Shown here: positions 1 to 7,826 of the stretch, piece after piece | Position numbering within the stretch: position 1 is the first letter of the stretch | Layout: each line of letters starts with the position of its first letter | The notes under the pieces: model-generated | What the model was told of the DNA's origin: nothing | Databases searched by the model: none | What the model saw: the letters and a program-made list of their open reading frames with translations, nothing else | Position numbers and translations under genes: made by a program | Origin: Candidatus Saccharimonadales bacterium | Lineage (GTDB): Bacteria > Patescibacteriota > Saccharimonadia > Saccharimonadales > 2-12-FULL-41-12 | NCBI GenBank assembly: GCA_025451045.1 | Contig: JANWLD010000001.1 | Coordinates: 69,812 to 133,811 of the forward strand | Direction: 5' to 3' | Length of the DNA stretch: 64,000 nucleotides

Positions 1-712
1 CAAACAAGCCTCTGGAAATACTTGCATATACCGGGTTTTTTTGAACCTTTGAAAAGCTCATTTCTTTGGTAGTCAGGTTTTTGTCTATCTTGAAACCCTC
101 TATGCCAAATCCAGCGGCAGAGCCTAAAGGATTTTGGTCAATCAACTTTAAGGCGGCGTCAAGCAGCGGCAATATGTCGTTAAAGGCGTCCTGGTATGCC
201 CCAAGCCAAATGCCGACGGTTGTGGGCATGGCTTTTTGCATGTGGGTATAGCCGGGCATTGCGATATTTTTGGTCTGTTTTGATTTAGCTTGGTATTTTT
301 CAACCAGCAAAGTTAAAAGCTGCTTGGTTTCTTCAAGGCTTTGCTTCATATACAGTCTCATCATAGTCAAAGCCTGGTCGTTTCGGCTTCGGGCAGTGTG
401 TATCTTTTTGCCGACTTCGCCGTAATGAGCGGTTATATACTGCTCTATGGCTGTGTGGCAGTCCTCCTGCTCAAGTTTTACGGTAAACTTGCCTTCTTTG
501 TGCAAATTTTTTATTTCATGAAGAGCCGTTTTTATTTTTTTGTATTCGCCTGTGCTTATAACACTGATTTTCTCAAGCATCTTGGCATGAGCCAAGCTTG
601 CCTTAAGGTCATAAGGCAAAAGCTTGGTGTCATAAATGGTGTCATCGCCGACAGTATAAGCTTCTACTGCCGGGTTTAGCTTAGCCGATTGTTCCCAGAG
701 TTTATTTTTCAT
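1..712 (-). CDS. argH: Argininosuccinate lyase, 5' part (runs off window; not in ORF track)
   Basis: Manual translation from ATG at 712, overlapping the argG end: MKNKLWEQ...EQEDCHTAIE...KIHTARSRNDQ...MPGYTHMQKAMP, typical ArgH motifs. Confidence 0.93.
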   Translation of the reverse strand, partial: MKNKLWEQSAKLNPAVEAYTVGDDTIYDTKLLPYDLKASLAHAKMLEKISVISTGEYKKIKTALHEIKNLHKEGKFTVKLEQEDCHTAIEQYITAHYGEVGKKIHTARSRNDQALTMMRLYMKQSLEETKQLLTLLVEKYQAKSKQTKNIAMPGYTHMQKAMPTTVGIWLGAYQDAFNDILPLLDAALKLIDQNPLGSAAGFGIEGFKIDKNLTTKEMSFSKVQKNPVYASISRGLF

Positions 713-1952
713 AATCGTATGCTCCTTTCGCTGTCTTCTGCGGCAGGTTATATATTTCTATAAACCCCGCCGAAGCGTTTTGGTTAAAATTGTCATTTTT
801 TTCAAAGGTTGCTAATTCGGCATCAAAAAGTGAAAATGGCGAGCTTAATGACACTACGGTTGCCTGGCCTTTATAGAGTTTGACTGTAGCATAGCCGGAT
901 ACTTTCTGGTTTTGACTGTTTATATAGGTATTTATATGGGCCATTGTTGGCTCGAACCATTGGGCCGCATATGCCATATAGGCCCATTTAGTATCAATGA
1001 ATCGTTTCAGCTGGTTTTCTTCTCTTGTAGAAACCAGCTTTTCCAACTTTTTGTGGGCTTCTATCAGGATAGTCGCGCCTGGGTTTTCATAAACACCCCT
1101 GACTTTGAGACCCACCAGCCTATCTTCAATAAGCTGGGTCACGCCGACACCATGTTTAGCACCAAGCTCATTACAAACTTTAATTATTTGCTCTAATGGC
1201 ATTGGTTGGCCGTTAATTTTGTTCGGAACTCCCGTTTTGAAATTGATTGTTATTAATTCGGATTTGTTTGATGTTTTTTCTACCGGCTTACACCATTGCA
1301 GGATAGAATTTAATTTCGACTGTTTGGCCGGATCTTCAATATCACCGCCTTCAGCGGTATTACCCCACATATTCTCATCATAAGAATACGGCAAATCCTT
1401 GGTCTGTTTGATTGGAATCTTGTATTTTTTCGCAAAAGCTATCTCTTCTTGCCGACCCATGCCCCACTCCCTGACCGGAGCTATGGTTTTGAGCTTGGGA
1501 TTAAGCGTAGTTATATAGCTCTCAAACCTTACCTGATCGTTGCCTTTTCCCGTACAGCCATGGGCTATCACTTCGCAACCGTATTTTTCCGCCATCTTTA
1601 CTGCGATTTTAGATATTATTACCCTCCCCAGAGGCGTACTGAGCGCATAGCCGCCCTGGTAATCGGCATTGGCTTTTATCGCCATACTTAACAAAGTTCC
1701 GGCAAACTCTTTTTTTGCATCATGGACAATAGCCTCGATTGCTCCGAGTTTCAATGCTTTGTCTTTTATCGCTTGCAAATTATCAGCCGTCTGGCCGATA
1801 TCAACAGTCAGCGCTATTACTTCGCATTCATACTCCTGCTGAATCCATTTAAGCATTACCGAGGTGTCCAACCCGCCGGAATAAAGCAGTAGGCATTTTT
1901 TGAACTCCCCCTTTTTTGCTTCATGGCTGGCTATTTTTCTATAACTATTCAT
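702..1952 (-). CDS. argG: Argininosuccinate synthase
   Basis: LYSGGLDTS, HGCTGKGNDQVRF, YSYDENMWG, EDRLVGLKVRGVYENP motifs. Confidence 0.97.
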   Translation of the reverse strand: MNSYRKIASHEAKKGEFKKCLLLYSGGLDTSVMLKWIQQEYECEVIALTVDIGQTADNLQAIKDKALKLGAIEAIVHDAKKEFAGTLLSMAIKANADYQGGYALSTPLGRVIISKIAVKMAEKYGCEVIAHGCTGKGNDQVRFESYITTLNPKLKTIAPVREWGMGRQEEIAFAKKYKIPIKQTKDLPYSYDENMWGNTAEGGDIEDPAKQSKLNSILQWCKPVEKTSNKSELITINFKTGVPNKINGQPMPLEQIIKVCNELGAKHGVGVTQLIEDRLVGLKVRGVYENPGATILIEAHKKLEKLVSTREENQLKRFIDTKWAYMAYAAQWFEPTMAHINTYINSQNQKVSGYATVKLYKGQATVVSLSSPFSLFDAELATFEKNDNFNQNASAGFIEIYNLPQKTAKGAYDYEK

Positions 1953-1967
1953 CTTTTAGCTCCTTAA

Positions 1968-2486
1968 TTATTGATACTTTTTTCGTTTGTAATAATCCTT
2001 GTATTTTCTTATGGCTTCTTTTTCTGACTTTAGCGAGGAAGCCATCCTCGATACGCCGTAAGTCTGGTTTAAATACCAATAAGCACTTATTTCTCCAACG
2101 GCGGTTGCGCCCAGGCTTTCGAATTTCCTCTTACTAACCTCATTTACGACAGCTGTTACGATTTCAGCATCGGGAAAACAAAAAGGTATATCGCTAAGCA
2201 TCTGTTTTGCAAGAACAGTGCCTATGCCCTGCCTTCTAAATTCCGGATTTACAACCCAGCCGCCCATCTTTATCATCTGCGGCATAAACTCAGCCGTGAC
2301 CGCTACATAGCCGGCTAATTGCTGGCTATCTTCATCAAAAGCAATCAGTTTGTACGGATGGCTGTTTATACTTTGCTCGTTCAGCTCCAAAACTTCGCCT
2401 TCAACACCTGTCCATGCCGTAAGCTGGGGTATAGCCGCCGTATGTTTTGGGTTTTTGAAACTGAACGGCTCAATCTCAAGATTCAT
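1968..2486 (-). CDS. GNAT-family acetyltransferase, first gene of arg operon (possibly ArgA-like)
   Basis: Acetyl-CoA motif VNPEFRRQGIG; 15 nt upstream of argG. Confidence 0.75.
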   Translation of the reverse strand: MNLEIEPFSFKNPKHTAAIPQLTAWTGVEGEVLELNEQSINSHPYKLIAFDEDSQQLAGYVAVTAEFMPQMIKMGGWVVNPEFRRQGIGTVLAKQMLSDIPFCFPDAEIVTAVVNEVSKRKFESLGATAVGEISAYWYLNQTYGVSRMASSLKSEKEAIRKYKDYYKRKKYQ

Positions 2487-2504
2487 TAAATTCCTTTCAC
2501 AATT

Positions 2505-2527
2505 AAAAAAGCTCCCTTTTCGGGAGC
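2505..2527 (-). terminator. Intrinsic terminator of putative arg attenuator
   Basis: Minus strand GCTCCC-GAAAA-GGGAGC-TTTTTT, ending about 20 nt before the GNAT start. Confidence 0.8.
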
Positions 2528-2553
2528 TGGCACGGAGCTTTATTTTCTAAAAA

Positions 2554-2628
2554 TTAACAACTAAAAGCCCAACTCCCGTGTATACGTGAGCTACGGCGAG
2601 CCTCAAAATTATCTGTAAATTTGCTCAT
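2554..2628 (-). CDS. Putative arg leader peptide MSKFTDNFEARRSSRIHGSWAFSC
   Basis: 24-codon ORF with CGC-CGT..CGT Arg codons, followed by a segment complementary to the terminator 5' arm. Confidence 0.7.
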   Translation of the reverse strand: MSKFTDNFEARRSSRIHGSWAFSC

Positions 2629-2669
2629 AGACAATAACTTTATCATTACTGCAAGTAAAAATCAAGTCA

Positions 2670-3353
2670 TTAGCGCTTTAGAAGTTTTGAAGCCGTGTAA
2701 ATCACCAGATAGGTACAAAACAGCACTAGAAATAGTGTAAAGGTAGCCAGATAAGTGTCGCTATGTTGAGAGGGGTTGACGAATCGGTCCGAAACGTCAA
2801 ACAGGAGACCGGCCGGCCGCAGGATTATATCCCAGCTGTTAAACCGGGTAAACCGACCCAGATATGCCGCGAAACTGGCCAGAAAGAATATGGCCGCTAC
2901 AATTGTCAGCGCATTGCGTTCAGCAAGTCTTCTTAGAAGCTGTTTATGCAAAAGGAAGATTGACGCAAGCCCTAGGATAATACCGTTGATTACAAAACTT
3001 GAGAGCAACACAACGTCAAAATACAGCCCCGCTTCATCTGTTTGGCGCAAGTGGACAAAATCGGTAATCAGATAAAAGGTATTGGGTAAAAAACCGATGA
3101 ACAGCAAAGTCAGAATCACCTGTTGCCATTTGAACCAGCTAAGTGTCTTGAGCCGTTCATATAACCACCAGGCCAGCATTAGCGGTATCACAGCCAGAAC
3201 CAAATTCCAGATTAAAAATACGTATCGCAAGCTGTCGGAGAACAATATCCGGCCAAACAACAAAACCAGACTTACCATACAGCTCAAGCCGATACTGGCA
3301 ATGAAATAATAGACATCCCGTTCGTGTCCGGTGTGTTTATTAACCGCCGGCAT
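2670..3353 (-). CDS. DUF1361-like membrane protein
   Basis: FLIWNLVLAVIP, FLPNTFYLITDFVHL, YLGRFTRFNSWD motifs. Confidence 0.85.
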   Translation of the reverse strand: MPAVNKHTGHERDVYYFIASIGLSCMVSLVLLFGRILFSDSLRYVFLIWNLVLAVIPLMLAWWLYERLKTLSWFKWQQVILTLLFIGFLPNTFYLITDFVHLRQTDEAGLYFDVVLLSSFVINGIILGLASIFLLHKQLLRRLAERNALTIVAAIFFLASFAAYLGRFTRFNSWDIILRPAGLLFDVSDRFVNPSQHSDTYLATFTLFLVLFCTYLVIYTASKLLKR

Positions 3354-3377
3354 GGTTTAATTATATCAATCCGTGAG

Positions 3378-4418
3378 CTATATGTTTTTCAGCTCTGTTT
3401 TGAGCTTCTCAATCAATTCCACCGGCGTCGGGTCAAGCCCGTTTAAAATCGCCAGATAAATACTGACGAAATCACCCAGTTGGATAGTCCAAAGCAGCTG
3501 TTTAATCAAGGTATCCCCTTCGGGAATAACTGTTTCGGGTGAAGGCCGTCTGCCGGAAAGCAGTTTTTCAGTAATTTCAAACCTAGGCCGGATCCTAGGG
3601 TGCTCAAGCGAACTGTTTATATCAACTATTTTGTAAGGCTTCTCAACCGGATGGCTCGCCCAACCCTGGAACTCGTTATGGCTGAATTCCGGAAAATAAT
3701 TACACCAAGCGATATTCTTCGCGTTTTCATTGATGTTTATCTTCCATTTGTAAGCCGCCGGAAAAAATTTCACGCCCGAATAAATGACCGGCGAATTACC
3801 TACTAGTTCCAATGCTATTCTTTTTGCCGGATTTTTATCAGTCGGTATTGTCGGCAAAAGCTCCTCTGCTTTTTCACCCAGCCAATTTGCTGCCTGGCGT
3901 AGTTCATCTAAACTGCCCTTTTGAGCGGTTCCCGCTTCTTCAAAAAGCTGGATAAGCGCTGTGAAATTATAAAAAACCGCCATTCGCGGCTGAAGACCGC
4001 TAGGAATAACGTAATGCATATAGCCTTTTTCTTTTGCTCGCTCAGCCAGCTTACCGCTCGAGCAGATAATGACTATCTGGGCGCCTAGTTCTTCCGCTTT
4101 GTTAAGAGCCGCCAATGTTTCCTCGGTATTACCGGAATAACTTGAAGCGATGAACAAGGTTTTTTCATCTACATATGCCGGCAGGTCATAGTTCCTTACT
4201 ATCTCAAAAGGCTTGTCTAGCCCCGGCCAGCTGGATACAATCATTGCCGCCAGCGCTGAACCGCCCATTCCGCCCACTATGATGTTGCTACAATTTGCAA
4301 TTTCCGGTTTTGTGCCCCCGGTTTCATATACATGTTTCAGCTGTTGCCATTGTTTGGCTGCTACTCCCAGCGCATCCTGTACGTCCCGCTCATGAATCAC
4401 CTTCAAATCATCCAGCAT
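3378..4418 (-). CDS. Bifunctional phosphoglucose/phosphomannose isomerase (SIS domain)
   Basis: GMGGSAL, SSYSGNTEET, QPR, WKININENAK, PEFSHNE motifs. Confidence 0.92.
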   Translation of the reverse strand: MLDDLKVIHERDVQDALGVAAKQWQQLKHVYETGGTKPEIANCSNIIVGGMGGSALAAMIVSSWPGLDKPFEIVRNYDLPAYVDEKTLFIASSYSGNTEETLAALNKAEELGAQIVIICSSGKLAERAKEKGYMHYVIPSGLQPRMAVFYNFTALIQLFEEAGTAQKGSLDELRQAANWLGEKAEELLPTIPTDKNPAKRIALELVGNSPVIYSGVKFFPAAYKWKININENAKNIAWCNYFPEFSHNEFQGWASHPVEKPYKIVDINSSLEHPRIRPRFEITEKLLSGRRPSPETVIPEGDTLIKQLLWTIQLGDFVSIYLAILNGLDPTPVELIEKLKTELKNI

Positions 4419-4529
4419 AATTCCCCTTTCAAGTTAATACGCTTTTGTTTATCGCCAGCCTTTGTTACTATTTTATTGTAAATTGAAAAGCTTAAATTGG
4501 AAATTGCCGGACAAACCGGTGGAGGTGGG

Positions 4530-5000
4530 ATGCAAGACGAAAATACAATTCAGCCTACGAAAGCCAGCGATAATACTGCGGATGATTCCGCGGACACTAG
4601 CGGACTAAAACTAAGCCTTGGGACTAATCCGACAGATCAGGTCCAAGATACTCCAGCCGACACGCCCGCAACTGACGTGAGCGAAGAAACAGAAGAAACG
4701 CCTGAAGAAACAACCGCCACACAGCCGTCTAGCGATAGTTCATCGGGCGACTTGGAATCTATCAAATCCTCAGCCCTGCAGGAGCTTATGCCAATAGTTA
4801 ACGAACTTGACCAAGAGCCGGAAGACCAATACCGTACATTGATGATGCTGATTCAGACTTCGGATAATCAAGCCCTTGTTAAGGATGCTTATGCGGCAGC
4901 GGGCAAAATAGAAGACAAAAAGGCCAAGGCCGAAGCTTTGTTAAATATCGTCAACGAGATAAATTACCTGACTGGTAAAGACAAAAAATCCGACAGTTAA
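4530..5000 (+). CDS. Acidic hypothetical protein with conserved helical C-terminus
   Basis: GGAGGT SD before ATG 4530; low-complexity N-terminus, helical C-terminus. Confidence 0.7.
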   Translation: MQDENTIQPTKASDNTADDSADTSGLKLSLGTNPTDQVQDTPADTPATDVSEETEETPEETTATQPSSDSSSGDLESIKSSALQELMPIVNELDQEPEDQYRTLMMLIQTSDNQALVKDAYAAAGKIEDKKAKAEALLNIVNEINYLTGKDKKSDS

Positions 5001-5005
5001 AATAT

Positions 5006-5389
5006 TTACATGCCTGGATCGCCGGTTTTCGGCAGAGGCAAGTTATCGCCGGTTGAAGGCAAGTTATCGCCAGTCGACGGAGTCGATGAAGTTTGCTTAG
5101 ATTTCTGGTTTTTAGAATCTGAAGATTTAGAAGCTTCACTTTTAGTTGAGGCAGTAGTGTTTTTATTATCAGGTGTCGCCACGTTTTCAGTAGAATCGCC
5201 ATTAAGTGCGCGGTAAACTGCCCGGCCGCCAAAAAACAGGCCGGCCGCAATCAGCAAGGTGACTAATAGCGCGAAAAACCCGAATAGAAATGATGCAAAT
5301 CGGTTGGTTGAAGGTTCATCCTTGTAAATCGACAAATCTTCGGATTCTTCATCCCGATTTCGCCGAAAAACCTTATCAAACAAAGACAT
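5006..5389 (-). CDS. Single-pass membrane protein with C-terminal tandem (L)PxTG motifs
   Basis: Hydrophobic segment at aa ~30-55, S/T/K-rich linker, ends PSTGDNLPSTGDNLPLPKTGDPGM. Confidence 0.75.
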   Translation of the reverse strand: MSLFDKVFRRNRDEESEDLSIYKDEPSTNRFASFLFGFFALLVTLLIAAGLFFGGRAVYRALNGDSTENVATPDNKNTTASTKSEASKSSDSKNQKSKQTSSTPSTGDNLPSTGDNLPLPKTGDPGM

Positions 5390-5519
5390 GTGTCAAATCT
5401 CCCTTAAAGTAAAGCTAATTGTACACTTAACTAGCGTTTTTGGCAATGTTTGTGTCAAATAACGAACGTTGACTTTAACTAGGCCAGCCAACCATAATGA
5501 AACTAAAGGGATAAATGGT

Positions 5520-6002
5520 TTGAGAGAAGTATATTTCAGTTTGGGTTCAAATGTGGGCGACCGCCAGCAATATCTCCGCGGCGCCTTGGCTAAATTGCGC
5601 GCGCAAGTTAAAGATTTGCGTGTTTCATCGCTCTATCGGACCGAGCCTTGGGGCAAAGTGGATCAGCCTTGGTTTTTAAATTTATGCGCGGCAGGCCGGA
5701 CTTCCCTGCCTCCCTTAGAGTTATTAAGTTTTATTAAATCCATAGAGGCCGAATTGGGTCGAACCCACACTGAAAAATGGGGCCCGCGCGAAATCGATAT
5801 CGATATTCTTTTTTATGGCGGTAAAATTCTAAAATTACCAACTCTTAAGATACCCCACCCTCGCCTTGCCGAACGCGCCTTTGTGCTGATACCGCTAAGG
5901 GAAATCGCAGCGGATTTTGTCCATCCGGTGTTGAAAAAAACCGTGTTTGAACTAACTGAAAAAATCAGTCCCGAGGGCATAAAAAGGTTAAATAATGAAT
6001 AG
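5520..6002 (+). CDS. folK: 2-amino-4-hydroxy-6-hydroxymethyldihydropteridine diphosphokinase
   Basis: SLGSNVGD, WGPREIDIDIL, IPHPRLAERAFVLIPL; start (TTG 5520) uncertain. Confidence 0.95.
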   Translation: MREVYFSLGSNVGDRQQYLRGALAKLRAQVKDLRVSSLYRTEPWGKVDQPWFLNLCAAGRTSLPPLELLSFIKSIEAELGRTHTEKWGPREIDIDILFYGGKILKLPTLKIPHPRLAERAFVLIPLREIAADFVHPVLKKTVFELTEKISPEGIKRLNNE

Positions 6003-6831
6003 CTTCTCCCTATATTTAGCCGGAGGCCAAGCAATCGAGGCCAAACGCACGCTGGTTATGGGGATATTGAATGCCACGCCCGACTCATTCAGCGACGGCG
6101 GCGAACTGGAAAATGAAGCCGTGATAAAAAAACGCGTACAAGAAATGATCCAATCCGGTGCTGATATTTTAGATGTGGGCGGCGAATCCACCCGTCCCGG
6201 CCATCAAAAAGTCAGTGAAAAAGAAGAGCTGGGACGTATTTTGCCGGTGATAGGGGTCATCCGAAATGTTTCAAAGACTATCCCTATCAGTGTTGATACC
6301 CAGAAAGCCTCAGTTGCAAAAGCGGCCCTACAAGCCGGCGCCAGTATGATAAATGACGTCAGCGCCCTTTCCGACCGCAAAATGGCAAATGTAATCAATG
6401 ATTTTGGTTGTTCAGTAATCTTGATGAGAAACAAACCGACCGGTCAAGATGTCATCAAAGGCTGTAAAGAACAGTTTGAAAAAATAGTAAAAAAAGCCGA
6501 AAAAGAAGGTGTTGGCAAAAACAAAATCTTGCTTGACCCGGGCCTAGGTTTCGGTGATTTAAAAAAAGCTGACTACAAAACCTCGCCAGGTTCCGACCCA
6601 GCTGCCAATATTCTGCTAATTCTCGGACTACAAAAATATTCGCTTGGTTTGCCGGTAGTTATCGGAGCTAGCCGCAAACGCTTCTTGGGCGATATTACAG
6701 GCGTAGAAAAAGCCAAGGACCGGCTGACCGGATCAATCGCCGCTGCCATTATGGCTCAGCAGGCTGGGGCGGCTATTGTCCGTGTCCATGACGTAGCCGA
6801 AACCATCCAAGCCTTCAAAAATCTATCATAA
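5995..6831 (+). CDS. folP: Dihydropteroate synthase
   Basis: MGILNATPDSFSDGG, DVGGESTRPG, DPGLGFG, SRKRF, VRVHDV. Confidence 0.96.
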   Translation: MNSFSLYLAGGQAIEAKRTLVMGILNATPDSFSDGGELENEAVIKKRVQEMIQSGADILDVGGESTRPGHQKVSEKEELGRILPVIGVIRNVSKTIPISVDTQKASVAKAALQAGASMINDVSALSDRKMANVINDFGCSVILMRNKPTGQDVIKGCKEQFEKIVKKAEKEGVGKNKILLDPGLGFGDLKKADYKTSPGSDPAANILLILGLQKYSLGLPVVIGASRKRFLGDITGVEKAKDRLTGSIAAAIMAQQAGAAIVRVHDVAETIQAFKNLS

Positions 6832-6839
6832 ATTTTATC

Positions 6840-6937
6840 CCTCGGGTCCTGTCCCGATAGAATCCTCCCGCGAATTTCCACGATATTCATTCGCGGGTCC
6901 CTTCCATTCGGACCACCCGAAAATTTAGGACCCGAGG
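6840..6937. repeat. Multi-stem palindromic element between convergent folP and trpA, overlapping the last trpA codons
   Basis: CCTCGGGTCCT 6840-6850 / AGGACCCGAGG 6927-6937; internal CCCGCGAAT/ATTCGCGGG. Confidence 0.65.
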
Positions 6938-7650
6938 TTTTTGACAAGTTTTAGGCCGGTTTTTACACCGGATTTTTCAACTTCACGGATAATGGCACTG
7001 CCTACGATTGCAATATCACCGATTCTTAGAGCTTCCTCCACGTCATGCCGGGATGAGATTCCAAAACCTATCATAATTTGGGCACTTGACCTGTGTTTAA
7101 TATAAGCCACTAATTGATGCAGTTCACGAGTGTTATTGTAGGAATTGCCGGTAATGCCACGTTGACTGGTAACGTAAACATAAAGTGGTGACTCCTCTAA
7201 TATAGTATTCAGTCGTTTCTCCTCCATGCCGGGGCTTAGCACCGGTATAAGTCTCAGGTTGAGACCTTGTGTGCGCTTAACTAACTCAGTGTATTCCGGA
7301 CTGTCGTATGGAAGATCGGGGATAATTAGACCTTTTGCGCCACAGGTTGAAGTTCGATCGCAAAATTTTTCGAAGCCGTAATGCCGCACTTTCTGAATGT
7401 AACTCATCAGGTAGACGTCGCAGTCCAGGTTGGCCTTTTGTATCAGTTCGAAACTAGCGGCCGTGGTCATGCCGCCCCCCAGTGCTATGTCATTGGCCTT
7501 CATAATCGTTTCGCCGTCAGCTATCGGGTCAGAAAACGGAATCTGCACCTCGATTATCCCGACGCCGAGCTTCTGCATCCCCAACATCAGCTCGATACAC
7601 TCATCAGCCGACGGATAGCCTGCCACCACATGAGTCATAATGTTTTTCAT
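6925..7650 (-). CDS. trpA: Tryptophan synthase alpha chain
   Basis: IEVQIPFSDPIADG, LIIPDLP, GITG, IGFGIS, IVGSAI. Confidence 0.95.
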   Translation of the reverse strand: MKNIMTHVVAGYPSADECIELMLGMQKLGVGIIEVQIPFSDPIADGETIMKANDIALGGGMTTAASFELIQKANLDCDVYLMSYIQKVRHYGFEKFCDRTSTCGAKGLIIPDLPYDSPEYTELVKRTQGLNLRLIPVLSPGMEEKRLNTILEESPLYVYVTSQRGITGNSYNNTRELHQLVAYIKHRSSAQIMIGFGISSRHDVEEALRIGDIAIVGSAIIREVEKSGVKTGLKLVKNLGS

Positions 7651-7826
7651 TTTTTCACTCCTAAAACAACAGTCTTTTGGATTGGGATGCCTGCAAACGC
7701 CCCGGCAAAGTGAGTTATTTTAACTTGAAAGAGTCTGCTAGCGCTTCCCTTGAATTTCCTGCCATAAGCAAGAAATTCATAGGCGAAAAAGCGCTCTTGA
7801 AAGTAAAATAACGAACGCCTATTCAT
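7647..7826 (-). other. Palindromic insert read as a 59-aa ORF linking the trpB end to the trpA start
   Basis: ATG at 7826 inside the trpB end, open to TGA overlapping the trpA ATG; imperfect ~100-nt hairpin 7714-7812. Confidence 0.55.

Noticed and set aside
66..679. Plus-strand ORFs 66..251 and 341..679
   Set aside because: Antisense shadows of argH, which the ORF track missed because it runs off the window
7647..7826. Trp attenuator between trpB and trpA
   Set aside because: The short ORF has no Trp codons and I see no terminator hairpin with a U-tract
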